Part shown: one piece after another, positions 21,599-30,214 of the stretch
Position numbering within the stretch: position 1 is the first letter of the stretch
Layout: each line of letters starts with the position of its first letter
Source of the DNA: Cenarchaeum sp.
Lineage (GTDB): Archaea > Thermoproteota > Nitrososphaeria > Nitrososphaerales > Nitrosopumilaceae
Assembly: GCA_963692915.1 (NCBI GenBank)
Contig: OY843584.1
Coordinates: 1,152,001-1,216,000, forward strand
DNA: 64,000 nucleotides
Direction: 5' to 3'
Program-made: the position numbers and the translations under genes
Notes under the pieces: model-generated
Seen by the model: the letters and a program-made list of their open reading frames with translations, nothing else
The model's database searches: none
What the model was told of the DNA's origin: nothing

Positions 21599-22423
21599 AT
21601 GGCAAACAGGGGCACACTGCCATTAGATCGCGAGACGGAGCTGAGAGAAAAGATGAACGAGCTCGAGATGCTAAAGGAGAAAAAGCGCATACTTGACAAG
21701 AATGACCAAGCCCGCACGGCAAGCAGTGGAACGCATGTCAAAAAGGCCACAAAGAAAAAGGCAAAGGCCAAGCCAAAGGCGGCAAAAAATGCTCCTGTGA
21801 AAAAGTCGCCAGTGGCCAAAAAGGTGCCAAAGAAAAAAGCCGTGCCAAAAAAGCCAAAGGCGCCAGTCAAAAAGTCCCCCGTGAAAAAGGCCACAAAGAA
21901 AAAAGAGGCGGCAAAAAAGCCAAAGGCGGCCAAGCGAGACGACAAGCCAAAGCGAACAAGGCGAAGGTCACGCATGGAGCCGATCGAGCTAACAGATGAG
22001 GAGCAGATTGAGGACGCCATAACTGACGAGGAGATTGCAAACTTTCAGGTCGGCAAGGCAAACATGGAGCAGCTAATCAACAAGGTGTGTGAGATACTCT
22101 CAGGCGGACCTTCAGGCGGGACGCTCCAGTCTGACGTGTGGAGACGCCTAAAGCTCACGCTGAGCGACGGGTTTAGGCTGGCCCTAAAGCTCGAGTGGCT
22201 TGGCCTCATAACGCGCGAGAAGGTTCTCGAGAACGGCAGATGGACGTACAGGCTCATACTAAAGAGGACGCCAATTAGCACTCGGTCAATAGTCGACGCG
22301 CCATGCCTAACATGCAAGGTCGAGCAGAAATGCACGCCAGAGGGAGAGGTCAGCCCGCACACGTGTGACCTCATCAGGGACTGGGTCATCGCCGAGTCAA
22401 AGAGGTCACGCAGGAGGGGATGA
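21599..22423 (+). CDS. Transcription factor E beta (RPC34/hRPC39-like) with Lys-rich N-terminal extension
   Basis: wHTH (LQSDVWRRLKL...LEWLGLITREKV...RWTYRL) plus C-terminal PCLTC-x5-C-x10-C Fe-S motif. Confidence 0.78.
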   Translation: MANRGTLPLDRETELREKMNELEMLKEKKRILDKNDQARTASSGTHVKKATKKKAKAKPKAAKNAPVKKSPVAKKVPKKKAVPKKPKAPVKKSPVKKATKKKEAAKKPKAAKRDDKPKRTRRRSRMEPIELTDEEQIEDAITDEEIANFQVGKANMEQLINKVCEILSGGPSGGTLQSDVWRRLKLTLSDGFRLALKLEWLGLITREKVLENGRWTYRLILKRTPISTRSIVDAPCLTCKVEQKCTPEGEVSPHTCDLIRDWVIAESKRSRRRG

Positions 22424-23013
22424 GACCCCACGAGGCGCGACGCGACGCTTACAGGCGGCTTGCGCGCGAGCAGGGGTACCGCAGCCGCTCGGCATACAAG
22501 CTAAAGGAGCTCAACAAGGCGTACAGGGTGATCGGGGCAGGCTTTGGCGTCCTAGATGTCGGTTGCGCGCCGGGTGGCTGGACGCAAGTCGCCGTGCAGC
22601 TCGCCGGCAACCGCGGGCGCGTCATGGGAATCGACAAGTCGCACACCGAGGAGGTTCCCGGAGCACACGTCTGCAGGCGCGACGTCGCAGACGACGGGAT
22701 CGCCGAGGAGGTTCTCGCTCACTTTGGGCAAAAGATCAACGCGATGGTCTGCGACCTCTCCCCGCAGGTGAGCGGCAACTGGGCAGTCGACCATGCCAGG
22801 CAGGTCGCGCTCAACTATGATGCTGTGCGCATACTAGGCCGCGTCCTGGACAGAAAGGGCAACGCGGTGTTCAAGGTGTTCGATGGTGAATACTCGGCAG
22901 AGTTTTGCACATACATGAAAAAGAGATTTGCGCGCACAAAGATTACAAAGCCAATGGCAAGCCGAAAGACGAGCAGCGAGACGTATATCGTGTGCCTCGG
23001 GTACCTCCACTAG
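22420..23013 (+). CDS. rlmE: 23S rRNA Um2552 methyltransferase RlmE/FtsJ
   Basis: GYRSRSAYKL, DVGCAPGGW, VFKVF and SRKTSSETY (K-D-K-E tetrad). Confidence 0.95.
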   Translation: MRPHEARRDAYRRLAREQGYRSRSAYKLKELNKAYRVIGAGFGVLDVGCAPGGWTQVAVQLAGNRGRVMGIDKSHTEEVPGAHVCRRDVADDGIAEEVLAHFGQKINAMVCDLSPQVSGNWAVDHARQVALNYDAVRILGRVLDRKGNAVFKVFDGEYSAEFCTYMKKRFARTKITKPMASRKTSSETYIVCLGYLH

Positions 23014-24185
23014 AGCAGAGCGAGTATCTCAGGCATCGTCGCATCAGTCCGAAACCCTGTCGTGTCAAGCGATGTTGGCGATGCAGAGTGGCCCGCGCGG
23101 CCCAACATCTCTATAATCCTCTCTAGGCGCGGCGGCGACCGGCGTGCGCGCGAGGCGATCTCGTCTATCGTGTAATAGCATGGCGGCATGGCCGACTCGG
23201 CAGCAGCCCGCTCCATTATGCGCGCGCATGACCGGTCGACTGTGTGCGTGGCGCACTCGGCGAGCATTGCAGACGAAAACTCTGCGTCAAACATCGGTCC
23301 TGTCCAGAGCGGGCCGGCCACGTGTGGCGCAGCGCCACACTCACACTGGCCGTGGCCTTCGAGTACGCCACGCCTGCCGCACGCGTCACAGTGGAATATT
23401 CGCCCGTGCGCCTCGCGCGTGTCAGGGCGGTTTGCGGCCTCGAGGTAGACCCTGTAATAGTGCATGTCGCTCTCGCAAAAGATCGGCGTGAGCGTCATGT
23501 CGAGTCGCGCCGCCACTGCCATGGCGCATCCGGCGATCAGGCGCAGAGCCGTCTCGCGCGCATGCGGCGTGCGGCGTATGGGCACCCCACCGTAGCGGCG
23601 CGCGCACGCGGCCGGAAAGAGTCCATGAAGAACCTGCAGGTCCGTGGCCGTCAGCGAGAGCATGCCGCCGTGCGCAGTTGCCCTGATCGCGCAGTCAAGG
23701 TATCGCGCCGGCGAGCCAAACGGGTCAACGTCTACGACGAGTCCGCGCATGCCCTTCCTAGCGCGCGCCGAGAGAAAACGGCACGCCTCGTCCTCAGACG
23801 TCTCTACGCGCTCCGAGCAGTCGTTGAGGGCTGCCGAGCGGGTGGCGAGGTCTAGCGCAACGGGGTTTAGATCGTTGAGCATTACATGGATCGAAGGGTC
23901 AGCCTCGTTGGCAAGCCGAACGCCGCGCGCGCCGACTCCGGCAAGACCCTCGAGGACAAGAAGCTCGCCTGCGTGCGACCTCGCGCGCGCAGCGCACGCG
24001 AGAACCGAGATGTCGCGGTTTAGGCGCGCGCGCGGGTTGTAGAACGCCGGCTCGTGCGGCGGCGAGGCAGCCGAGAGCGACTCGCGCGGAACGAGGAGGC
24101 GCGTCGTGCCCTCGACAGTCTCGGTCATCTCGGCAGTCTCGGTCATCTCGGCAGTCTCTGTGTCGCCCAACGGCATCGCACCCAT
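23010..24185 (-). CDS. trm1: tRNA (guanine26-N2)-dimethyltransferase
   Basis: FYNPRARLNRD, DVDPFGSP, TATD, Zn finger, GPLWTG and GFRTDA; start uncertain (several ATGs). Confidence 0.95.
   Translation of the reverse strand: MGAMPLGDTETAEMTETAEMTETVEGTTRLLVPRESLSAASPPHEPAFYNPRARLNRDISVLACAARARSHAGELLVLEGLAGVGARGVRLANEADPSIHVMLNDLNPVALDLATRSAALNDCSERVETSEDEACRFLSARARKGMRGLVVDVDPFGSPARYLDCAIRATAHGGMLSLTATDLQVLHGLFPAACARRYGGVPIRRTPHARETALRLIAGCAMAVAARLDMTLTPIFCESDMHYYRVYLEAANRPDTREAHGRIFHCDACGRRGVLEGHGQCECGAAPHVAGPLWTGPMFDAEFSSAMLAECATHTVDRSCARIMERAAAESAMPPCYYTIDEIASRARRSPPRLERIIEMLGRAGHSASPTSLDTTGFRTDATMPEILALL
24116..24158. repeat. 18-bp tandem repeat (2.4 copies) in the trm1 5' end
   Basis: CAGTCTCGGTCATCTCGG x2 + CAGTCTC, encoding TETAEM units on the minus strand. 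Confidence 0.9.
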
Positions 24186-24296
24186 ACGGGGCGTGTCTTA
24201 AGCATTGTATGGCCCGCGCGTGTGGCGCACGCGCGACGTGGCAGAGCGCGCACGAGTCCCATATGGCTTTATACGGAGATCTCTGGCGTGCGCGCG

Positions 24297-25025
24297 ATGC
24301 TCGTGTGCGGTGTTGATGACGCCGGCCGTGGCCCTGTAATGGGTCCACTAGTGATAGCCGGAGTCACGATCGAAAAACGACACCTCCCGCGACTGTCACG
24401 CCTCGGCGTGCGCGACTCCAAGGAGCTCACTCCGGCGCGGCGCGAAGAGCTGTATGACGAGATCGTGGACGTGGCCGTCGATCACCATGTCTCGCGCATA
24501 CAACCACGCACGATAGACAAGCACGTCAAGCGCCACGAGCTCAACCTTGTTGAGGCGATCCACATGGCGCGCGTCATATCAGGGCTAATGCCACACACGG
24601 CATACGTCGACGCGTGTGACGTCGATGCCAAAAGGTTTGGCAAGATGGTCTCAAGCCTTCTAAAAGATGGCTGTGCCGCAAGAGTAAGACCATATCACAG
24701 GGCAGACAAGAGATTTCCCATAGTGTCAGCCGCGTCGATCATCGCAAAGGTCGAGCGTGATCGCGCAGTCGCAAGGATTCGCAAGATCCACAGCATCGGC
24801 AGCGGTTACCCCGCAGACCCCGCATGCGTCAGGTTCCTAAAGCGACACGCGAGGAAAAACGACGCGCCGCCAAGGTTTGCGCGCGCCACATGGATGACGG
24901 TTCGTCGCATATACGGGCTCAGCGAGCCTGAGCCACGGCGAGCGCGTGGTCGCGGTCATAGGGCTCAAGTCCCATTGATTGGAGCACGTCAAGCTCGCCG
25001 GAAACCTTTGCAAGCTCGTCGCTGA
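24297..25025 (+). CDS. rnhB: Ribonuclease HII
   Basis: GVDDAGRGPVMGP, RDSKEL, VSAASIIAKVERD and GSGYP motifs. Confidence 0.95.
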   Translation: MLVCGVDDAGRGPVMGPLVIAGVTIEKRHLPRLSRLGVRDSKELTPARREELYDEIVDVAVDHHVSRIQPRTIDKHVKRHELNLVEAIHMARVISGLMPHTAYVDACDVDAKRFGKMVSSLLKDGCAARVRPYHRADKRFPIVSAASIIAKVERDRAVARIRKIHSIGSGYPADPACVRFLKRHARKNDAPPRFARATWMTVRRIYGLSEPEPRRARGRGHRAQVPLIGARQARRKPLQARR

Positions 25026-25593
25026 TCACCGACGCCGGTGTGCGTGTCACGTCAATGCTGCGCGCCTTTATGACAAGGATGAGCCAGCCGTGATCGCGCA
25101 GGTGTGCGCGGCAGTTGGCCAGGGCAATCTCGGTCTGGTCAGGCTGTGCGATATCCGAGTACACGACATCAACCTTGCCATAGACTGAAAAGTACTCTCG
25201 TGGTTGGCGTGCATCCTGCATCACTGGTGTGACGTTTGTGCGGTGCGAGGCGACGCGGTCGAGGAGCTCGCGCGCGACGCGGCTGGCGTGCTCGACGGCG
25301 AACACGCGGCCAGTGGCGCCCACAATGTCCGAGACGTGGCTGACCGTCGTGCCCGTTGAGGCTCCAAGGTACAGGACAGACGAGCCGCGCACGATCGGAA
25401 CCGGCTCAAGGCCCTTTAGTATCGCCGCGGCGAGCTTGCTGCGGTGCGGATCCCACACGCGCCATTCAGTCTCCCCGCGCAGCACGAGATCCTCCCCATA
25501 GACGCGCCTGCCGCGCGCGAGGTTTGGCGTCGCGAGGCGGCGCTGGCCGTCATGCTCTATTGTCGCGTGAGCCTCGTCTGTCCTTTTTGTCAA
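24919..25593 (-). CDS. flpA: Fibrillarin-like rRNA/tRNA 2'-O-methyltransferase
   Basis: WDPHRSKLAAA, LYLGASTGTTVSHVSD and DIAQPDQ; likely TTG start inside the nop5 3' end. Confidence 0.96.
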   Translation of the reverse strand: MTKRTDEAHATIEHDGQRRLATPNLARGRRVYGEDLVLRGETEWRVWDPHRSKLAAAILKGLEPVPIVRGSSVLYLGASTGTTVSHVSDIVGATGRVFAVEHASRVARELLDRVASHRTNVTPVMQDARQPREYFSVYGKVDVVYSDIAQPDQTEIALANCRAHLRDHGWLILVIKARSIDVTRTPASVISDELAKVSGELDVLQSMGLEPYDRDHALAVAQAR

Positions 25594-26884
25594 ATCTCCT
25601 CCGTGGCCCCCTAGAGCCCTTTTTGCCCTGGCCCCGTGACCCCTCTTGTCGCTCGCGGCCGTCGCGACGTCCGCGACTGTCGCGGCGCGGCGGACCGCCA
25701 TGCCTAGAGCCCCCATGGCGTGGGGCACCCTGGCGCGCGCCATGATCCCCAGAGCGCGCACCCTCGCGAGGCTCGGGGCGCGGAACAGTGCCGATCTCCC
25801 TGACACGCACGTTGAGCTTTTCAAGGAGCGTCTCGTTGAGGCCGCCGCCGTAGACGTCAACGCGCGCGGCGATTGCTGCCTTTGAGGCTATCGCGCGCGC
25901 CATCCGCCCGCGCTGCCAGCGCGGCGCAGCATGAACCAGCGCGTGCTGAAAGAGCAGGCCGTGCTTTGGCGGCAGCGCGCCAGTCTTTAGCGATCGAAAG
26001 AGCGCCTTCTCGGCGCCGAGAACCTGTATGCTGCTAGCCGGCATCGTCGCAAGCCTCGTGAGGCTACCGGCCCGCGATATCACGCGCGCGCCAATGAGCG
26101 CGCCGAGTATTGCAGACGTGTTTGGCGCAACGCTTTCCATCTCGGCGTTCACGTGGGCCTCGAGCTCGTGGCGGTGCGCCGACAGGTGCAGTATGTGCTC
26201 GGCTAGATCACGAACCATGGACAGGCTTCCGGCCGCAATCTCGCCACCGCGGCTCTTTGGCGCCATGAGAAGAACCATCTCGGCAACAGACTTGTCGAGT
26301 CCGGCCTCGATGAGTGACTCGCCTGATATGCCAGCACGATCGCCGATGCGCGCGACGCGCGCGTATGGCGCAATGCCATCGATGACGTTCTCTAGCTCGG
26401 GAAAGTGGAGGCCATACCACTCGCGCAACCGCGAGTTGTGCCCGTTGAGTGCCCTGTCGGCCTCATCCATCGCGCGAATCGCCTGGATAATGTGCGCGTC
26501 TGGACTCTGCGAGGCCTCACTCACTTTTGCCGAGGACAGGCCCATCGCAAAGTCGCGCAGCTTTGAGGCCGCATCCTCCTCGCCAGACGCAAATCCCGCC
26601 TCCACAAGTATCGCTATCTTGTCAGCCTGTATCTTTGAGACCTCGGACTCCTCAAGGGCGCGCGCCTCCACGGACCGTGCGCGAAGCGCGTCAAGCAGTG
26701 CCTCGTCATTCACCGTGACGCCCGAGTCAAGTGACTCGGCGTGTGCCACGAGCGCGTCGATCTCGCCCTCGCCGCGCCTGATCGCCATGTACTCGGCGGC
26801 CGCATCGGCGAACGGGAAAGAGGCCACGCGCCTCGAGCCGTCGAGGGCCACGATTCCAAGCTCGGTGAGCACGATTGACTGCAT
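25550..26884 (-). CDS. nop5: Nop5 (Nop56/58) box C/D RNP protein
   Basis: LREWYGLHFPEL, IQVLGAEKALF and PKHGLLFQH; Arg/Gly-rich tail. Confidence 0.96.
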   Translation of the reverse strand: MQSIVLTELGIVALDGSRRVASFPFADAAAEYMAIRRGEGEIDALVAHAESLDSGVTVNDEALLDALRARSVEARALEESEVSKIQADKIAILVEAGFASGEEDAASKLRDFAMGLSSAKVSEASQSPDAHIIQAIRAMDEADRALNGHNSRLREWYGLHFPELENVIDGIAPYARVARIGDRAGISGESLIEAGLDKSVAEMVLLMAPKSRGGEIAAGSLSMVRDLAEHILHLSAHRHELEAHVNAEMESVAPNTSAILGALIGARVISRAGSLTRLATMPASSIQVLGAEKALFRSLKTGALPPKHGLLFQHALVHAAPRWQRGRMARAIASKAAIAARVDVYGGGLNETLLEKLNVRVREIGTVPRPEPREGARSGDHGARQGAPRHGGSRHGGPPRRDSRGRRDGRERQEGSRGQGKKGSRGPRRRFDKKDRRGSRDNRA

Positions 26885-27086
26885 GCGTGGCGCGCCGCGC
26901 CGGCTCGGTTAAAAATGCTGTTTGGGAGACGCAAGCCCAGGCAGGGCGGCGAACTGCCCCGCACATGTGCAGCCATGACGATGAAAACATCATGTTTTAA
27001 TATGATGTATGATTTAATCACTAGAAAACCAATTTTTAAGTGTCCAAAAACAGAGTATTAATATAATATAATTGATATGTGTGGCC

Positions 27087-28274
27087 ATGCCAAGAACCAC
27101 ATGGGACACGAGCGGGTTCACAGAGCCCAACGGTCGGTTTGTGAGCACACAGGCCGGAATCAAGGCATTCGTCCCCAGTCCGCTCCCAGTGAAATGGACG
27201 GCGCACGGACAGCTCCTCAACATGTACGTAAGGGCCGAGAAGGCCATGAGCTCCCTAAACACGGTTGCAAACATGATTGGCGTGTCAGACCTTTTGACAG
27301 CGCTCTATATACGAAACGAGGCCGTTCAAAGCTCCATAATAGAGGGCACGCTGGCAAGCTTGGATGACCTGTTGCAGTATGAGGCGGCCAAACACATCGA
27401 TGCAGAGGAGGCAGATCGTCTAAGCATGGCAGAAGTCTCCAATTGCGTAAAGGCCATGGAAGAGTCAATGGAGGAGGTTACGAAAACTGGTGAAATCGAC
27501 ATCGACCTGGTAAAAACAGCACATCGCACACTATGGCTCAGAGTTCGCGGACAGGAGATGAATATTGGCACATTAAGGAAGGGGCAAAATGCCATAAAAA
27601 ACGGAAGAGGGGACATTGTGTTTGTGCCGCCTCCGCCTGATCATGCAGAATCCCTCATGGAAGGGCTCATTAGTTTTATGTCGGTTAAACAGCCTGAAAT
27701 TCCAACCCTTATTCAATGCGCCATGGCACACTATCAGTTCGAGGCAATTCACCCATTTGGGGACGGGAATGGACGTGTGGGCCGTATGCTCATACCGCTC
27801 ATACTTGCCAAAAATGGTGAACTTGGCAAGCCATTGTTACAGCTTGGAGAATATCTTGCGGCAAATAGGTCAGAGTACTATATGCGTCTGGAAATGGTAA
27901 GCCAGAAATCAGATTGGGACGGGTGGTGTATGCTGTTCATGCGGGCATTTGCTGAACAGGCCGAAGCGACCACAAGGAGCATTATGGCCATGGCCGAGAT
28001 TCAAGATAGATATGCCAAAATGGTCTCAGGAACCGGCCGTTCCATAGCAGCGCGCATACTAGAACTGCTGTTCTCAAACCCCTACATCACCACGCGGCGT
28101 GTGCAAGGGGACCTCAGGGTGTCACATACCGGTGCCGCGCGCGGCATAGCACGGCTAGAAAAGATGGGCATCCTCACAAAAATCTCGGGCACGCGACGCA
28201 GACGCGTCTGGGTCGCCACGGAGATCATCAACACTATGCGCAGTGCCGTGCCCACAGGCACGACACGCGTGTAA
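27087..28274 (+). CDS. Fic-family protein (class II, C-terminal HTH)
   Basis: HPFGDGNGRVGR active site; N-terminal inhibitory SSIIEG motif; AT-richer than flanks. Confidence 0.93.
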   Translation: MPRTTWDTSGFTEPNGRFVSTQAGIKAFVPSPLPVKWTAHGQLLNMYVRAEKAMSSLNTVANMIGVSDLLTALYIRNEAVQSSIIEGTLASLDDLLQYEAAKHIDAEEADRLSMAEVSNCVKAMEESMEEVTKTGEIDIDLVKTAHRTLWLRVRGQEMNIGTLRKGQNAIKNGRGDIVFVPPPPDHAESLMEGLISFMSVKQPEIPTLIQCAMAHYQFEAIHPFGDGNGRVGRMLIPLILAKNGELGKPLLQLGEYLAANRSEYYMRLEMVSQKSDWDGWCMLFMRAFAEQAEATTRSIMAMAEIQDRYAKMVSGTGRSIAARILELLFSNPYITTRRVQGDLRVSHTGAARGIARLEKMGILTKISGTRRRRVWVATEIINTMRSAVPTGTTRV

Positions 28275-28307
28275 CCGTTATATCGCAACGTCGGCGGCAG
28301 GGGTGCG

Positions 28308-29216
28308 ATGGCAGCATCATTGGAGACGCGCGTGGGTCCGCTCACGCTCTCGTCACCGACAATGCTCGCCTCGGGCATACTCGGCATATCAACAGACGTG
28401 TTTGCGCGCATACTCGGAGCCGGAGCCGGCGCGATAGTCACAAAGTCGCTCAGCACCGAGGCCTGGGAGGGCTATGCAAACCCCACGGTCATAGGGGCAG
28501 CCGGCGGCGGGTGGCTGAACGCAGTGGGCCTCTCAAACCCTGGTGCTGCCGAGTTTGCCGCGATGCTGCGCGCCTCACCAGACACGCCGGCGATCGTCAG
28601 CCTGGTAGGCTCTTCGGAGGCGGACTTTGAGCGCATGGTCGCCGAGTTTGACGGCTGCAACGTCATCGCGTACGAGCTAAACCTGTCGTGCCCGCACGTC
28701 GCCAAGGTCGGCCTCGAGGTCGGCGATGACGTTGAGCTAGTCGGCAGGATCGTCGAGTCCACGCGGCGCGCATCGCGCGTGCCCGTCATCGCAAAGGTCG
28801 GACTCGGAACCGCCGACTATATGGAGACAGTCAGGGCAGCAGTAGACGCGGGAGCCGGCGCAATAACTGCAATAAACACGATACGCGCGATGGCCATAGA
28901 CGCCGAGGCCGCACGACCGGTCCTGAGCAACAGGTTTGGCGGACTGTCAGGCACGCCGATAAAGCCAGTCGCGCTCCGCTGCGTCTACGAGATAGCATCA
29001 CGCCACGATGTTCCAGTTATCGGGTGCGGTGGAGTCTCGACGTGGGAGGATGCCGTCGAGTTTATCCTAGCCGGCGCGTGCGCAGTCCAGGTCGGCAGCG
29101 CGCTAGCAGGCGGCAATGTCAAGGTATTTGGCGAGATCAACTCTGGAATTGCGCAGTACATGGACCGCAAGGGTCACACGTCAGTGTCAGGAATGGTGGG
29201 AATTGCAAGGCGATAA
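28308..29216 (+). CDS. pyrD: Dihydroorotate dehydrogenase catalytic subunit
   Basis: NAVGLSNPG, ELNLSCPHV, GGLSG and VIGCGGV motifs. Confidence 0.96.
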   Translation: MAASLETRVGPLTLSSPTMLASGILGISTDVFARILGAGAGAIVTKSLSTEAWEGYANPTVIGAAGGGWLNAVGLSNPGAAEFAAMLRASPDTPAIVSLVGSSEADFERMVAEFDGCNVIAYELNLSCPHVAKVGLEVGDDVELVGRIVESTRRASRVPVIAKVGLGTADYMETVRAAVDAGAGAITAINTIRAMAIDAEAARPVLSNRFGGLSGTPIKPVALRCVYEIASRHDVPVIGCGGVSTWEDAVEFILAGACAVQVGSALAGGNVKVFGEINSGIAQYMDRKGHTSVSGMVGIARR

Positions 29217-30012
29217 CGCGCCGTCGATGAGGACGATAGTCTCAGTCCGTGACGAGACGCCGACGGTGCGCACACTAGAGTTCGCCGACGGTGCGCTTGC
29301 CGGTGCGCTTGCCGGCCAGTTTGTCATGGTATGGATTCCCGGCGAGGGCGAGCTGCCAATGAGCATCATGGTCTCCGAGACTGCAGGCCACGCCGCACTG
29401 ACCGTGCGCACACATGGCCCGTCCTCTCGCGCCCTCTACTCGACTCCCGTCGGCGGTCTTGTCGGCATCCGCGGGCCGTATGGCAACTCGTTTGGGATTC
29501 GCGGACGCAACGTCCTCCTCGCCGGCGGAGGCACGGGCCTGGTGCCGCTCATGCGCCTCATCGCACAGTCGCCACCTGATGCGCGCATAACGCTGGCGAT
29601 GGGGGCGCGCACGGCCGAGGAGGTCTTTTTTGAGGAGATCGCCGCGCGCCTTGCCGGCCCGAGGAGCCTCGAGGTCGTCGTGGCCACCGATGACGGGACG
29701 CGCGGGGAGGCCGGAACCGTCGTCGACGCCGTGAGGCGCATCCTCGAGTCTGGCTCCTTTGACTCGGCACACACGTGCGGGCCGGAGCCCATGATGAGTG
29801 GCGTCGTCGATGCGGCCCGCTCAAAGGGCGTCTTTGTGCAGGCGAGCATCGAGCGCGTCATGAAGTGCGGCGTCGGCATATGCGGGAGCTGCGCAATGGA
29901 CGCAAGCCTCGTGTGCTGCGACGGAACCGTCCTCGACGGGGAGCGCCTAGCGGATAGCGGCGAGTTTGGGCGCATATACCGCTCAAAGTCAGGCGTGCGC
30001 ACGCCCTACTAG
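29203..30012 (+). CDS. pyrK: Dihydroorotate dehydrogenase electron-transfer subunit
   Basis: GQFVMVW, RGPYGNSF, CGPEPMM and MKCGVGICGSC 2Fe-2S motif. Confidence 0.94.
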   Translation: MQGDNAPSMRTIVSVRDETPTVRTLEFADGALAGALAGQFVMVWIPGEGELPMSIMVSETAGHAALTVRTHGPSSRALYSTPVGGLVGIRGPYGNSFGIRGRNVLLAGGGTGLVPLMRLIAQSPPDARITLAMGARTAEEVFFEEIAARLAGPRSLEVVVATDDGTRGEAGTVVDAVRRILESGSFDSAHTCGPEPMMSGVVDAARSKGVFVQASIERVMKCGVGICGSCAMDASLVCCDGTVLDGERLADSGEFGRIYRSKSGVRTPY

Positions 30013-30214
30013 GGCACAGTCGCCGATCTCGGGCTGCGCTTCCCGCCACGCACAGATCCGGCGCCCGGACGCGCGATCTAGGCGATCTTGCGCACGGTAT
30101 CATGCAATACAGGCTCCAAAACACCCGATATGAGGCGGTTTTACGGCGTTTTGCCCCCGCAAGACCCGCAAGACTTAAAATAATTCATGTGTGCCCTTGA
30201 TGATGACACCAAGG

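Noticed and set aside
21737-21935. A-rich repeats as a possible CRISPR array
   Set aside because: Imperfect, in-frame, encode a Lys-rich tail; no repeat-spacer periodicity and no cas genes
26975-27025. Second C/D sRNA upstream of Fic (ATGACGA/ATGATG)
   Set aside because: No CTGA D or D' boxes at suitable spacing
30157-30174. CCGCAAGAC direct repeat x2 before the radical SAM promoter
   Set aside because: Too short to support a function; may be simple slippage
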